This document shows positions 14,549 to 23,779 of a stretch of DNA of 25,885 nt, piece by piece. Below the pieces are notes generated by a model, which was not told the DNA's origin, ran no database searches, and saw only the letters and a program-made list of their open reading frames with translations. The stretch spans positions 1 through 25,885 of the IMG/VR virus record IMGVR_UViG_3300046717_000057; one strand, written 5' to 3'. Each line of letters opens with the position of its first letter. Within the stretch, counting starts at the first letter, position 1. The stretch is from a virus (Duplodnaviria; Caudoviricetes). A program made the translations under genes and the position numbers.

Positions 14549-14557
14549 CGCGCCGGC

Positions 14558-15286
14558 CTATGACGGGATATAGTCGATGCCCGGCACCGCGTAATTGTAG
14601 CGATAACGGCCACTGGTGTAGTCGCGGCCGGCTGATCCTCCCATGTTGAAGTTTGTGCGCTTGTCGGCGCCCTGATTTGCCAACAGCCGGCGCAGATAAT
14701 TCTGCGCTTTGAGCAACTTCAACTGCGCCGCTTCCACTTTATTGGTGGCTAGAATTTCTGCCGCCGCAAACAGCACGATGGCCTTGCTGTCGAGGATGCA
14801 AACGTCATCGTCGGCGACCAGCGGATTGCACGGTGCCGAACCTGCAAAACGCAACTCGCCGTTGACGTTTGGCGTCGGCAAAATTTGAATATGACCGACC
14901 GGATTGGTGACGCCGCCGGTGACAACGGCCATGTTGCCCCAGCGCAGCGGCGTTCCGGCCGATGCGTTGAGCCTGACATCGGTGGCCCGAATCCCGTAGG
15001 CCAGCGGCTTCCAGTTGCTCCCGTCGGTGCTGAAGTAAATCTGGTTGATCTGATCAAACGGCATATCCGCCGGGTAATCGAACACCGACTGTCCGGCGTT
15101 GACGCTGTAATCGACCCAGTAGCGCAGATGCGGCCAATCGTAATTGGCCCACAACTCGCGCTGCTGGCGATCCAGTTGATTATCCTGCGTTGCCTGCGAC
15201 TGCACGCCTTGCGCCGGGTTGAGCGATTGCCCGGTTTCGGCGCGCAGATCACGCCGCAAGTCGATGAGTGCGACCCCGACCGGCAT
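14558..15286 (-). CDS. Head-tail adaptor (tail tubular protein A-like)
   Basis: Helical N-terminus, YDWPHL, IQILPTPN and AIVLFAAAEIL. Located between the capsid region and the nozzle. Confidence 0.7.
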   Translation of the reverse strand: MPVGVALIDLRRDLRAETGQSLNPAQGVQSQATQDNQLDRQQRELWANYDWPHLRYWVDYSVNAGQSVFDYPADMPFDQINQIYFSTDGSNWKPLAYGIRATDVRLNASAGTPLRWGNMAVVTGGVTNPVGHIQILPTPNVNGELRFAGSAPCNPLVADDDVCILDSKAIVLFAAAEILATNKVEAAQLKLLKAQNYLRRLLANQGADKRTNFNMGGSAGRDYTSGRYRYNYAVPGIDYIPS

Positions 15287-15768
15287 CAGGCTGGCGTCGG
15301 CAGCGTCGGACGCGGATGCTTGCCGGGCTTGAAGGCGGCAGGCGCCGGTGACGGCGGCTGTTCTGGCGCCGGTGCGTCATCCTCCTCCTCATCGTCATCG
15401 CCGGGATGTTCGCCGTTGCCGTTACCGTTGCCGGTAGCGGCGACCTGTTCGGGCAGCGGAATGCCGTCACGGTCGGACAGCGGCAGGTTTTCGCTGTGCG
15501 CCGGCATCAGCGTTTCCATCAGGAAGGCGCGGCCGGGGAATACCCGCTCGACAATCATGCCGTACTTGGCAATCAGGCGGTCCTTTTCGATGCGCGAATT
15601 GATTTCGGCGATGCTGATGGGCTTGATGTCGTAAATGTTTTCTTCGCCGTGCAGCGCGGTCAATACCTGCACCTCCGGCCATGACACCGCATCCTGCGGG
15701 CTGAAACTGACGTGCGTCAGATTTTGGCCGGAGAGGTTTACCCGGCAGGTACACCAGTGCATTTTCAT
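15286..15768 (-). CDS. Hypothetical virion-module protein with acidic/Pro-rich tail
   Basis: AAGGA RBS and TGATG coupling to the adaptor. About 100 globular-looking residues followed by a DDDEEEDD/Pro tail. Confidence 0.75.
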   Translation of the reverse strand: MKMHWCTCRVNLSGQNLTHVSFSPQDAVSWPEVQVLTALHGEENIYDIKPISIAEINSRIEKDRLIAKYGMIVERVFPGRAFLMETLMPAHSENLPLSDRDGIPLPEQVAATGNGNGNGEHPGDDDEEEDDAPAPEQPPSPAPAAFKPGKHPRPTLPTPA

Positions 15769-15790
15769 TTTGGCTTCCTTTACAAAGTTG

Positions 15791-15822
15791 ACCGCCGGGC
15801 CGGGCTTGGACGGCCCGGCGGT
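15791..15822 (-). terminator. Stem-loop after major capsid gene (partial terminator or mRNA stabiliser)
   Basis: ACCGCCGGGCCG pairs perfectly with CGGCCCGGCGGT (12 bp). Only a weak U tract (CAACTTTG) on the minus strand. Confidence 0.65.
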
Positions 15823-15828
15823 TCCCCG

Positions 15829-16944
15829 TCAGGCAATGTCGATGACAAGGGCGCTGTTGAGGCGCCTTGCACAGAGTTGCCCGGTGGAGGTGATGCCTCG
15901 ATAGATGAGGTACTTATCGACGGGACGCGACGGCGAGTGTTGATGCTTCCACTCGTCCTGCATCTTGACCAGATAGATGTCGCGATTGTCCCACCAGTAG
16001 CAGCGCTTGTTTTTGCCGAGTGCGTCCAGCGAGGGATCGTATTCAAAGTCAGTGCCCATATAACTGATGGTTCCGACCGATACGTCCTTGCCGCCGGCAA
16101 AGCCCTGCATCGAGTAGTTGCCGTTGGCGCGCAGTTCAACTTCCAGCGCGTTGAGCCAGTCGCTGCCACACAACGCGGTATTCGGCTTGCCACCGTAGCG
16201 GGTGAGTTGCCGGTACTCGTTTTGCAGCTTGGCAATGAGAACGCCGCCGCCGGTTGCAGACGATGCAATCGGTGCGCCGCCCCACGCCGCCAGCGCCGGG
16301 GTGCCAGTGACCGCTGACCCCATCGCTGTCGTATAGGCCCGGTTGCGCCACCAAGTGTAGGTCGCACGGTCGAGGCCGGCGACGATGCCGGTGCCGGGTG
16401 CGTCGGTGACAAGGGCGGCCATTCCCGCCAGCGCTTTCGGGTCGGCGGTGCCGTTGGCCCAGAGCAGTGCATTAAGCGATTGCGCGTAGCGTTCGCTGAT
16501 GTCCTGCAATGCGTCATCGAGCAAACCAACCAGCACGGTCACGTCGCGGCCACTATGGTCGCTGGTGTCCTCGCCGTTGGTGTCCACCACGCTGATGCCA
16601 TCGGCCTTAAGTTCCGAGTGCGTCAGCGTCAGACCGATGTGATGTTCCTTCCAAGGGAACACCGCCTGTTTCAAGTTGGCTGGCGTGTAGTATTGGACCT
16701 GATCGTCCAATTGATAGCCGACCAGCTTGTCGTTGGTGCCGATGCTCCCGGTGTTGCCGTAATCACCTTTCACGGAAACGATGATGTTGCCTTTGCCACC
16801 GGGGAACGTCTTGGCCTTGCTTTCCATCATCGCAAGCAGGGGCTTTTCCTGAATTGCCTGCTGGAACGCAGTGCCTTTGTTGAGCCAGTAGTCGAGTGCA
16901 GCCGTTGTGACATTGTCGAGCATCGGCTGGGTAAAAGTCGGCAT
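15829..16944 (-). CDS. Major capsid protein (HK97 fold inferred)
   Basis: 371 aa, located after the scaffold and followed by a hairpin. LNALLWANGT...ALAGMAALV...GLDRATYTWWRN pattern typical of podovirus capsid proteins. Confidence 0.85.
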   Translation of the reverse strand: MPTFTQPMLDNVTTAALDYWLNKGTAFQQAIQEKPLLAMMESKAKTFPGGKGNIIVSVKGDYGNTGSIGTNDKLVGYQLDDQVQYYTPANLKQAVFPWKEHHIGLTLTHSELKADGISVVDTNGEDTSDHSGRDVTVLVGLLDDALQDISERYAQSLNALLWANGTADPKALAGMAALVTDAPGTGIVAGLDRATYTWWRNRAYTTAMGSAVTGTPALAAWGGAPIASSATGGGVLIAKLQNEYRQLTRYGGKPNTALCGSDWLNALEVELRANGNYSMQGFAGGKDVSVGTISYMGTDFEYDPSLDALGKNKRCYWWDNRDIYLVKMQDEWKHQHSPSRPVDKYLIYRGITSTGQLCARRLNSALVIDIA

Positions 16945-16963
16945 TGACGTGTGCCCTTAAGTG

Positions 16964-18097
16964 TCAGGGCCGCGCCCGTTCCATCGCTTGTACGACAGCA
17001 TCCCTCAAACTGTTGGGCTGGGGCGCGGCGCCATTGGTGCGGCCAGTGCTGCTGGGCTGTCGTGATGTTGGACGTTTCGGAGGAGTCCACCGAGCGCTGT
17101 GCTCGTTCACCCGCCGATACGCTTCCTTTGCGATTTCTACGGCGGCTTCCGGCGAGGGCGGTGCGCCGCGTTCGCGCACCACGCTCCACATCACTTCCTG
17201 TAGCAGCGGTTTTTTCGTTGCATAATCCGGGTCCGACTGCGCCGTCGCCGTTTCCCACGCATTGACTCTGTCACGCACGGCTGTCTGAAGCTGATACTGG
17301 GTTGTCGCTTGCGTATGCGTGTCGAACTGTTGCGCTTGGCGCAGGCGCTGACTTTCAGACAGCGCCCGGTCCATTCGCTCGCGTGCGAACATCGCAGCCG
17401 ATTGCGTCGTCATCTGCCCTTCCTGCACTCGCTGTTGCAGGTCGCGGGGCAATTGAATTCCCAGATATTCTTCAGCCAGCCGCATGTAGGGCTGCACACC
17501 TTCGTAGAAAGCCTTGAAGTCGCCACGCCGCATTGCAGCCGCGAGTTCAAGCGTGAGTTTGAAATCTTCCTCTCCGATGTCGTTGTCGGAGAGATATTTC
17601 TTCACGCTCGACGCCGCGCTTGCCAGCGGCATGTACGCCTTCAGTTGGTCGAGTTCGGTTTTTTGACTTTCTGCGGCAGCCCTAGCTTCATTGCGTTGTT
17701 TAACGAGCTTATCGACACGCCGCTTTGTGCCGAGCCGGTACGCCGCTAATTCTTCCGGCGAAACGTCCTCAGACAAATCGGAGTAGTCGTCAGGCGGTGG
17801 CGTCGTCGTATCGGATTTTGCATCGGGCGCAGGCTTCACGCCGCCCGCTTCATCGGCTTCTTTCTTCTGTGAGGATCGCAGTTCGGGGACTGCCTGCTGC
17901 ACAGCTTCAAGAAGTGACTCGCGGGAGTCGCCTTCGGTCGGCTTTGCGCTTGGCGATGGCGCAGATTTTTCGCCGGGGGATGGCGCGCTTGGCGATGGCG
18001 CAGTTACGCCAGTGGATGGAGTTGCCGACGACTCTGGTGTCGTGGGTGTCGGTGCCGCGTTCTCAGTTGCGGCGGGCGAAGGAGCATCATCGGCCAT
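16964..18097 (-). CDS. Capsid scaffolding protein
   Basis: Disordered Pro/Ser/Thr N-terminus, coiled coil (KRRVDKLVKQRNEAR) and short C-terminal helix (SLRDAVVQAME). Directly upstream of the capsid gene. Start set at MADDAPS. Confidence 0.8.
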   Translation of the reverse strand: MADDAPSPAATENAAPTPTTPESSATPSTGVTAPSPSAPSPGEKSAPSPSAKPTEGDSRESLLEAVQQAVPELRSSQKKEADEAGGVKPAPDAKSDTTTPPPDDYSDLSEDVSPEELAAYRLGTKRRVDKLVKQRNEARAAAESQKTELDQLKAYMPLASAASSVKKYLSDNDIGEEDFKLTLELAAAMRRGDFKAFYEGVQPYMRLAEEYLGIQLPRDLQQRVQEGQMTTQSAAMFARERMDRALSESQRLRQAQQFDTHTQATTQYQLQTAVRDRVNAWETATAQSDPDYATKKPLLQEVMWSVVRERGAPPSPEAAVEIAKEAYRRVNEHSARWTPPKRPTSRQPSSTGRTNGAAPQPNSLRDAVVQAMERARP

Positions 18098-18181
18098 GAA
18101 GCCGTTGATCCTACAAAGCCCAAACTCCCCTGAAGTCGCGGACACTACGCCGGTGATGCAAAAGGCGCAACGTTAACAGAG

Positions 18182-18592
18182 TTAGGAGTAGCCGACGCTG
18201 TCGTCGCCGTCGTATCCGCTGCGGCGCGAGCAGGCACGGTCCAGATAGGCCGCCAGCTTGGGGTCGTGGATGGTATCTGATTGTAGCGATAATTTTCTCG
18301 CCCTGATTTGAGGCACGCTGTCATCGCGTGCAACAGCCATGCCACCGCCGCGAAATGTTCTGTGTGGGATAGCGTGCTCTATCCCATCCAGAACGAGTCG
18401 TCGCGGTTTGTTCTCCGGTAACGGCGGGCTTACGGTGTCACCTGCCGCCGCCTTACCAGTGAGCACGGCGCCGATGCGCCTGATGAGATTCGGCCGTTCG
18501 CGGTCGAGCATGTGACCGTCCGGCAGACCGCAACGCTCGATCAACCGCTTTTCCAGACCGGCCCAGATTTGCGCCGCGCGTGCTTTTTTCAT
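18182..18592 (-). CDS. Hypothetical protein between portal and scaffold
   Basis: ATGA overlap with the portal stop. No recognisable motif. Confidence 0.45.
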   Translation of the reverse strand: MKKARAAQIWAGLEKRLIERCGLPDGHMLDRERPNLIRRIGAVLTGKAAAGDTVSPPLPENKPRRLVLDGIEHAIPHRTFRGGGMAVARDDSVPQIRARKLSLQSDTIHDPKLAAYLDRACSRRSGYDGDDSVGYS

Positions 18593-20856
18593 CCGCCCGG
18601 TCCTGCCCCCGCGCCCGGTGGTCCGGGTGACGCACCCGGTGCGCCCGGCGGCGGCATGCCGGTCATCTGGCCGACCATGTCGGGCGGGCCGCCCGGCGGT
18701 TGATTCCCCGGCTTGCCGGCATTGGCCGCGCCTTGCGGCCCTTGGGCGCCGCCGGCGGCGGCCCCGGTTCCCGGCGGCACGCCTTGCGCCATGCCGTTCA
18801 TAGCGACAATCGAGGGCAATTGCGACTTGAAGGCTTGCGTCAAATCGAGCTTGTCATCCAACCGCCGCAACAAATCCTTGGCCAGATAGTTAGGATCAAT
18901 TCCGGGGATTTGAATAAGCAGCGGATAGATGCGTTGCGCGTTCGCCACCTCTTGCGAGGCGTTCGGGCGTCCCATGCTGCCGGCTTCGACTTCCAGCAGG
19001 ATTTCCTGCGCGATGTCGCCGCGCGTAAACTGCGGCCAGACCGCGCCCTGCCCGACCACTTTCTGCACGGTTGGCTGCGATACTTCCGCCATCAGGATTT
19101 GACCGCCGTTGCGCGCCAGCAGCGTCAGCAGGTCATTAAGATCGTCGATGTTCGACCCCATGCTGGTCATGCGCGAGCCTTCGGCCACTTGCGTCTGCGT
19201 CGCGGTGGTGTCGGAGGTGCCGCCCAGATTGGCCTCTTGGATGCCGGTGGTGCGAAGAATGTCCTCGTACACCGGATTGACCTCGTACAGATTGTTGTCG
19301 ATGCCCGGCCCGGCGTAGGCCTGCAACAATTGCTTCACATCTTGGTTGGGCTGCAAGGCGTTCAACTCGACCACGTCATTGGCCTTGCGTTCCGACAGCT
19401 TGGTTAAGTCCTCCTCCTCCATCGAACCGGCCACCACGGCGGTGAACGGCCGCGCGGCGATGCGTTGCTCCTTCAGCCCTTCACGGCAGCGATTGTATTC
19501 AAGCTGCATGTCGCGGATGAGCCGCACGTCGGAGGGCGGGAAAATTTCGGTTTCATGGTCGCACTCGTTAAAGATGAGCGCGTACCAAGGATAAAATCGC
19601 TCATTGTAGATTTCGGGTGAGGCCGGTTCACGCAAAAAGTCGGTGTAGCCGTCGCACACCTCGTACACCAAGCCGTCCTTGCGGCAGTAAATCTGCCAGA
19701 CCGAACAGAAATCGCACTGGCGGTCGGCGGCCTTACCGGCTTCGCGCCACTCGTAGCCGGCGAGCATTTCGCGCGCCATCTGCACCGGGTCCGGTCCCTT
19801 CAGATCGTAGCGCGTGTAGGACGTGTAACTGTCACCGACATCGACGCCGTAGATTTCTTCAATTTCGTTGGGCGTGAGCATGAACTGCTCGCACACCCAG
19901 TCGCTGCCAAGGAAATTGCGTAGCTCGATGGTCTTGGTGTCGGGGATGATGTTGGTGGAGAGCGGATAATCAAAGGTCAGACCTTCGCGCGCGACGAATT
20001 CCGACTCCTTCGCCATGTCGTTAATCATCAGCCGCAACTGTTCGGCCTCCTTGCTGTCGGGTTCGCTAATGTCGTCGGCGATGTCGGCGGCCAGCCGTTC
20101 CATGGTGGCAAGGCGTTCGGAGGCATCCGCAATGCCCTTTTCCAGATCGGGGCGCTTTTCCATCACCCGCTCAAAGCCGAGCTTCACATAGCCGACGCCG
20201 GTGGTGATGGTGCGCCGCACGACAAGCTTCATCATCGACTTGAACGGGTGCGGCTGGTCGGAAACATTATAGGAATACAATAGCTCCAAGGTTTTCCCCA
20301 GCTTGTCGAGCATGGCGTTTTCGGCCTTGACGCGCGCCGCGTCCTGCATCACCGCCATGGCGCCCTGCGCCGCGCCCAGCATCTGCGGCGTCATGCCGGA
20401 GCCGGTCATCTGCGCCTGCTGTACCATCTGCGCGCCCGACGCCATCAGCGATTGCAGCGTCGATTGCGATTCATCCCACACCGTCGCGTTCATGCGTTCA
20501 CGCCGCTTGGCCACTGCCTTGGGATTTTTTGCGTACAGGAACGCGGTTTTTTGCGCGACCAGCCGCAGCGTCAAATTGGCCTTATAGCGCTTGTCGGTGT
20601 CGTCGCGCGACCACTGATGACCAAAGGCAAAGTCTTGGTCGTCAAGCATGCGCTTGAAAGCTTTTTCCCAGTGCGTCTTGGCGGCCTTGACGCGGCCGGT
20701 CCATGCCGCCACCAGCGCCTTGCGCTGGTCGGGCGGGTCGGGCGCGTCGCGCGGAATGTGGTCCTTCTCTGCCGCAAGCACCACGGCTTCCAGCGGATTG
20801 ACGGCGCTTTCATCCGGCGTCACGCCGTCGAGCGGTGCGTTCGGGTCTATAGCCAT
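18589..20856 (-). CDS. Portal protein (P22-like)
   Basis: 755 aa directly after the terminase. DQDFAFGHQW, TGVGYVKLGF, LIRDMQLEYNR, TGIQEANLGG..TATQTQ and EVEAGS motifs, with a Pro/Gly-rich tail. Confidence 0.92.
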   Translation of the reverse strand: MAIDPNAPLDGVTPDESAVNPLEAVVLAAEKDHIPRDAPDPPDQRKALVAAWTGRVKAAKTHWEKAFKRMLDDQDFAFGHQWSRDDTDKRYKANLTLRLVAQKTAFLYAKNPKAVAKRRERMNATVWDESQSTLQSLMASGAQMVQQAQMTGSGMTPQMLGAAQGAMAVMQDAARVKAENAMLDKLGKTLELLYSYNVSDQPHPFKSMMKLVVRRTITTGVGYVKLGFERVMEKRPDLEKGIADASERLATMERLAADIADDISEPDSKEAEQLRLMINDMAKESEFVAREGLTFDYPLSTNIIPDTKTIELRNFLGSDWVCEQFMLTPNEIEEIYGVDVGDSYTSYTRYDLKGPDPVQMAREMLAGYEWREAGKAADRQCDFCSVWQIYCRKDGLVYEVCDGYTDFLREPASPEIYNERFYPWYALIFNECDHETEIFPPSDVRLIRDMQLEYNRCREGLKEQRIAARPFTAVVAGSMEEEDLTKLSERKANDVVELNALQPNQDVKQLLQAYAGPGIDNNLYEVNPVYEDILRTTGIQEANLGGTSDTTATQTQVAEGSRMTSMGSNIDDLNDLLTLLARNGGQILMAEVSQPTVQKVVGQGAVWPQFTRGDIAQEILLEVEAGSMGRPNASQEVANAQRIYPLLIQIPGIDPNYLAKDLLRRLDDKLDLTQAFKSQLPSIVAMNGMAQGVPPGTGAAAGGAQGPQGAANAGKPGNQPPGGPPDMVGQMTGMPPPGAPGASPGPPGAGAGPGG

Positions 20857-22412
20857 CCGTCGAGGTTCCTTTTGACGCGATCAAGCCCCTCTTGCTTTTT
20901 GGTCTGTGCCCACAAGGCGCGGAATGTCCCCTCTTGCGCCATTGGTTTTTCCGGCTTCTGGCGGTTGCGCGGTCGCATCTTGGCCAGACCCAGACCGACG
21001 AGCGAGAGCGTATCGACAAAATCGTCCTTGGCGCCCATGGGGAATTTCAAAATCTGGTCCTGCGCCTCTGCCCACCAGCGGCAGAACACCGGGAAGTGAA
21101 CCATTTTCATGGCGCTGCGCGCTTGGATGGCTTGCGCGCGCTGCGTCTTGTCAACCGCCGGCGCAATCGGGTCCATGGCGCAGAACACGCGCTTTTCCAG
21201 CATGCGCTTGCGTAAGAAAGGCCCGATTGACTTGGTGATGGCGCCGGCTTCCGCCCACCAGAATTGCGGTTTGTATTTCTCAATCAGCAACAGCATGCCT
21301 TCGACGGCGGTGTGGCTGTCCACCCGCATCCACACCACGTCGGGCATGATCCAGACATTGTCGGCGACATCGACGCCGACCACCATCAGGCAGGATTTGT
21401 CGCCCTGCTTGTTCAATGTCACCGCGTGATCGGAAGCGCCGTAGAAGCGCATTTCGTCGAACGCCGGCAGGTCGCGCATGGAATTGTAGCCGACCAAATC
21501 CTTGGCTTGGAAAAATGCACCGTCGCGCGGTGACGGCTGGCCCTGATAAAGCGCCATGAAGCCGCGCGGGTCGGAGGCGCGAACTTCTTCAAGATATTTT
21601 TCATCAAAGCGTTCCGGCCACAACGCCTCACCGGGCGCGCGTCCCAGCACGTCGTTATCATCCGCCAGCGCCGGCAGGTCGATGGAGCGCCAGCGCGTTG
21701 CTTCTTCATGGCTGTAATACGGGTTAAGGGGATCGGTGAGCCGGCCTACAAGATCGTCCTCGCTCCACCGCGTTTGAATCATGGTGATGGTGCCGACCTT
21801 GTTCATCAGGCGGGTTTTCAAGACTTGGTTGTACCATTGCCAAAGCTTGTCGCGGATGAGCGGCGAGTCGGCTTCCTCGCGGTCCTTGATGGGATCATCG
21901 AGCAGGATGGTGTGGGCGCCGCGCCCGGTGATGGCCGAGCCGCGACCAACGCAGAACACAACACCGCCTTCGGTGGTTTCGATGCGGTTGACGGCGGCCG
22001 ATTTCTTTTTGATTTCGACCTTGGGAAACACCTGCTTGTATTGCGGCGTCTGCATAATGTCGCGAATCTTGCGGCCCAAGTCCCAACTGTAATGCTCGTT
22101 ATAGGTGGCGACGATGATCGAGCGTTCGGGATGGCGGCCGATGTACCACGCCGGGTACATATTCGACGCCAGCGTGGTCTTGCCGGCGCGCGGCATGATG
22201 GAAATTTTCAGGCGGCGGATTTTCCCCTTTTCCACCTCCTCCAACGCCACGCCGATGACGCGGTGAAATTTCTGCGGTGTGTAAACCGAATAGGTCGCGT
22301 CGTCGGAATTTTCCGGGTCCGGCATCATTAAGCAAGTGAAGTCGATTAAATTATCGCGCGCCTTCAGGATGGCACGTTTACGTTTGAGCAGGACCAGATG
22401 GCGCGCACTCAC
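20847..22412 (-). CDS. terL: Terminase large subunit
   Basis: Walker A MPRAGKTT, GSAITGRGA, Walker B ILLDDP, IQTRWSEDDL, ALYQGQP, and RNase H-like acidic motifs ASD, DKS and DDFVD. Confidence 0.97.
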   Translation of the reverse strand: MSARHLVLLKRKRAILKARDNLIDFTCLMMPDPENSDDATYSVYTPQKFHRVIGVALEEVEKGKIRRLKISIMPRAGKTTLASNMYPAWYIGRHPERSIIVATYNEHYSWDLGRKIRDIMQTPQYKQVFPKVEIKKKSAAVNRIETTEGGVVFCVGRGSAITGRGAHTILLDDPIKDREEADSPLIRDKLWQWYNQVLKTRLMNKVGTITMIQTRWSEDDLVGRLTDPLNPYYSHEEATRWRSIDLPALADDNDVLGRAPGEALWPERFDEKYLEEVRASDPRGFMALYQGQPSPRDGAFFQAKDLVGYNSMRDLPAFDEMRFYGASDHAVTLNKQGDKSCLMVVGVDVADNVWIMPDVVWMRVDSHTAVEGMLLLIEKYKPQFWWAEAGAITKSIGPFLRKRMLEKRVFCAMDPIAPAVDKTQRAQAIQARSAMKMVHFPVFCRWWAEAQDQILKFPMGAKDDFVDTLSLVGLGLAKMRPRNRQKPEKPMAQEGTFRALWAQTKKQEGLDRVKRNLDGWL

Positions 22413-22416
22413 TTCG

Positions 22417-22767
22417 CTATCCCTTCGGTCGCCCGACCGGATTCGGGTGTCTAGTGACGTGCTGCGGCACCACTATCTTTTTCGGCGGGCCGCCGGTCAT
22501 CGGACGCGACGCCGCGTTACGCGGCACCGGCGGCACCGGCGCCTGTTGCTGCACCATACCGGGCGCCGGCGATGAATGATGCGTGTAGGCATCCTGCGTG
22601 TTCGACACCTGCGGCGGCGGCCCCGGCGGTGGTCCCGGTGGCGGCAGCGGCCCGCTCGCCTGCGGCCCCGGCGAGGCGGCCTGCGTGTCGGATGGACTGG
22701 GCGGATAGAGCGGCGCGTTCGGGATGATCTTGACGCCCGGCGGCGTTTTCGGTGGAGGGAATGCCAT
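22417..22767 (-). CDS. Proline-rich hypothetical protein
   Basis: AAAGGA RBS. Fills the gap between co-oriented genes and is extremely Pro-rich. Confidence 0.6.
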   Translation of the reverse strand: MAFPPPKTPPGVKIIPNAPLYPPSPSDTQAASPGPQASGPLPPPGPPPGPPPQVSNTQDAYTHHSSPAPGMVQQQAPVPPVPRNAASRPMTGGPPKKIVVPQHVTRHPNPVGRPKG

Positions 22768-22807
22768 AACGTTTTCCTTTCACTGACACCTCAGAATGTT
22801 TTGCTCA

Positions 22808-23044
22808 TCATACGAGCAACGGCAGCATGGCTCCGGTAATTTCCCCCAGTCGAAACCCGGCGCGCGGCAGGATCATCTGCACAAGGATGAGGACGCACAC
22901 CAAAATGAAAATGACCCAGATGATTTGCACCACCTTCGGCGGCAGCGCGATGCCGACAACGGTGCCGAGCACCCAAAGGATCAAGTATATCGCGAGTGCG
23001 AGCAGGCAAATATAAATCAGTCCATATATGACACCTTCGATCAT
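22808..23044 (-). CDS. Small membrane protein with two TM helices (holin candidate)
   Basis: AAGGAG RBS. Two long hydrophobic segments separated by LPPK. Confidence 0.7.
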   Translation of the reverse strand: MIEGVIYGLIYICLLALAIYLILWVLGTVVGIALPPKVVQIIWVIFILVCVLILVQMILPRAGFRLGEITGAMLPLLV

Positions 23045-23045
23045 G

Positions 23046-23354
23046 TTAGTGCTCCTTTGGTTGCGGCATGCACTTGCTGCGTTGCGTCGCCGGGATCATC
23101 ACGTTGCCGGTCGCCGGCGTGATCGGGGAATCAAAGCCGGGACCGCCAGCGCCCAGCACGTCGCCACGGCAATCGGTGCGGCGCGCAAGATCGTAGAACA
23201 TGCCGACCACCGGGATTGCGGCGATGGTGACGTTTGCGGGTTGCTGCGACGGCGCCTGCTTGTGAATGACAACGTGATGGCGTTTGGCATCGGCGGCCGT
23301 GATCGCTGCCAGCAACACCACGATGGCGGCCAGCGCACAGAGAACCGTTTTCAT
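23046..23354 (-). CDS. Secreted hypothetical protein
   Basis: GGAGG RBS and ATGA overlap. Signal peptide MKTVLCALAAIVVLLAAITAADA, with two Cys in the mature part. Confidence 0.7.
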   Translation of the reverse strand: MKTVLCALAAIVVLLAAITAADAKRHHVVIHKQAPSQQPANVTIAAIPVVGMFYDLARRTDCRGDVLGAGGPGFDSPITPATGNVMIPATQRSKCMPQPKEH

Positions 23355-23779
23355 GCGACCTCCTCCTGCGTTCTGACGAAAGGAAAAATAACTTCGACTT
23401 CGTCATCGGTTTCGATGCCAAGGTATTCCATCAGGCCAAGGCTGATGTCGGCAACGCGGCCGGTGTTTTCGTTCGGTCCCCAGTCCGCCGGCCATGCAAG
23501 GAATTGCCGGTCGGTGCCGGGCGCGCGCACAAGCGCGACGTAGTCCATGCTGGCCAGCATCGTTTTGGGGAATTCGTCGTAGTTCCAGCGCATCGCGATG
23601 AACGGCACCGAACTATTGAGGCGGCGCGCCAGCCCGCTGGTGCCTTCCGGCTGCACCGCCAGAAACAGATGCGGCGCCGTGTAAATGTCATAGATGAAGG
23701 CAAGCCCTTCATCGGGCGTAACCCCCATGTCGGTCGGGCCGCCGAACCAAGACACCTTGCCGACAACGTTGAGCGTCAT
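23351..23779 (-). CDS. RlpA-like double-psi beta-barrel protein, candidate endolysin
   Basis: GKVSWFGG and DWGPNENTGRVADISLGLMEYLGI...EVEV parallel the RlpA motifs GxASWYG and DRGP...RIIDLS...LG...VxV. Flanked by membrane proteins. Confidence 0.6.
   Translation of the reverse strand: MTLNVVGKVSWFGGPTDMGVTPDEGLAFIYDIYTAPHLFLAVQPEGTSGLARRLNSSVPFIAMRWNYDEFPKTMLASMDYVALVRAPGTDRQFLAWPADWGPNENTGRVADISLGLMEYLGIETDDEVEVIFPFVRTQEEVA

Noticed and set aside
15780-16529. Frameshifted capsid extension (T7 10B-like)
   Set aside because: The alternative frame extends only about 16 codons past the capsid stop, through a hairpin, and I saw no slippery heptamer near the end.
18145-18345. 66-aa alternative-frame ORF
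   Set aside because: Overlaps the 18182-18592 ORF in another frame, with no motif to favour it.
4030-22840. Many long overlapping or antisense ORFs (e.g. 7149-8057, 13244-13936, 18700-19407)
   Set aside because: Expected stop-poor shadow frames of high-GC genes. The minus-strand genes tile the region with coupled starts and stops.
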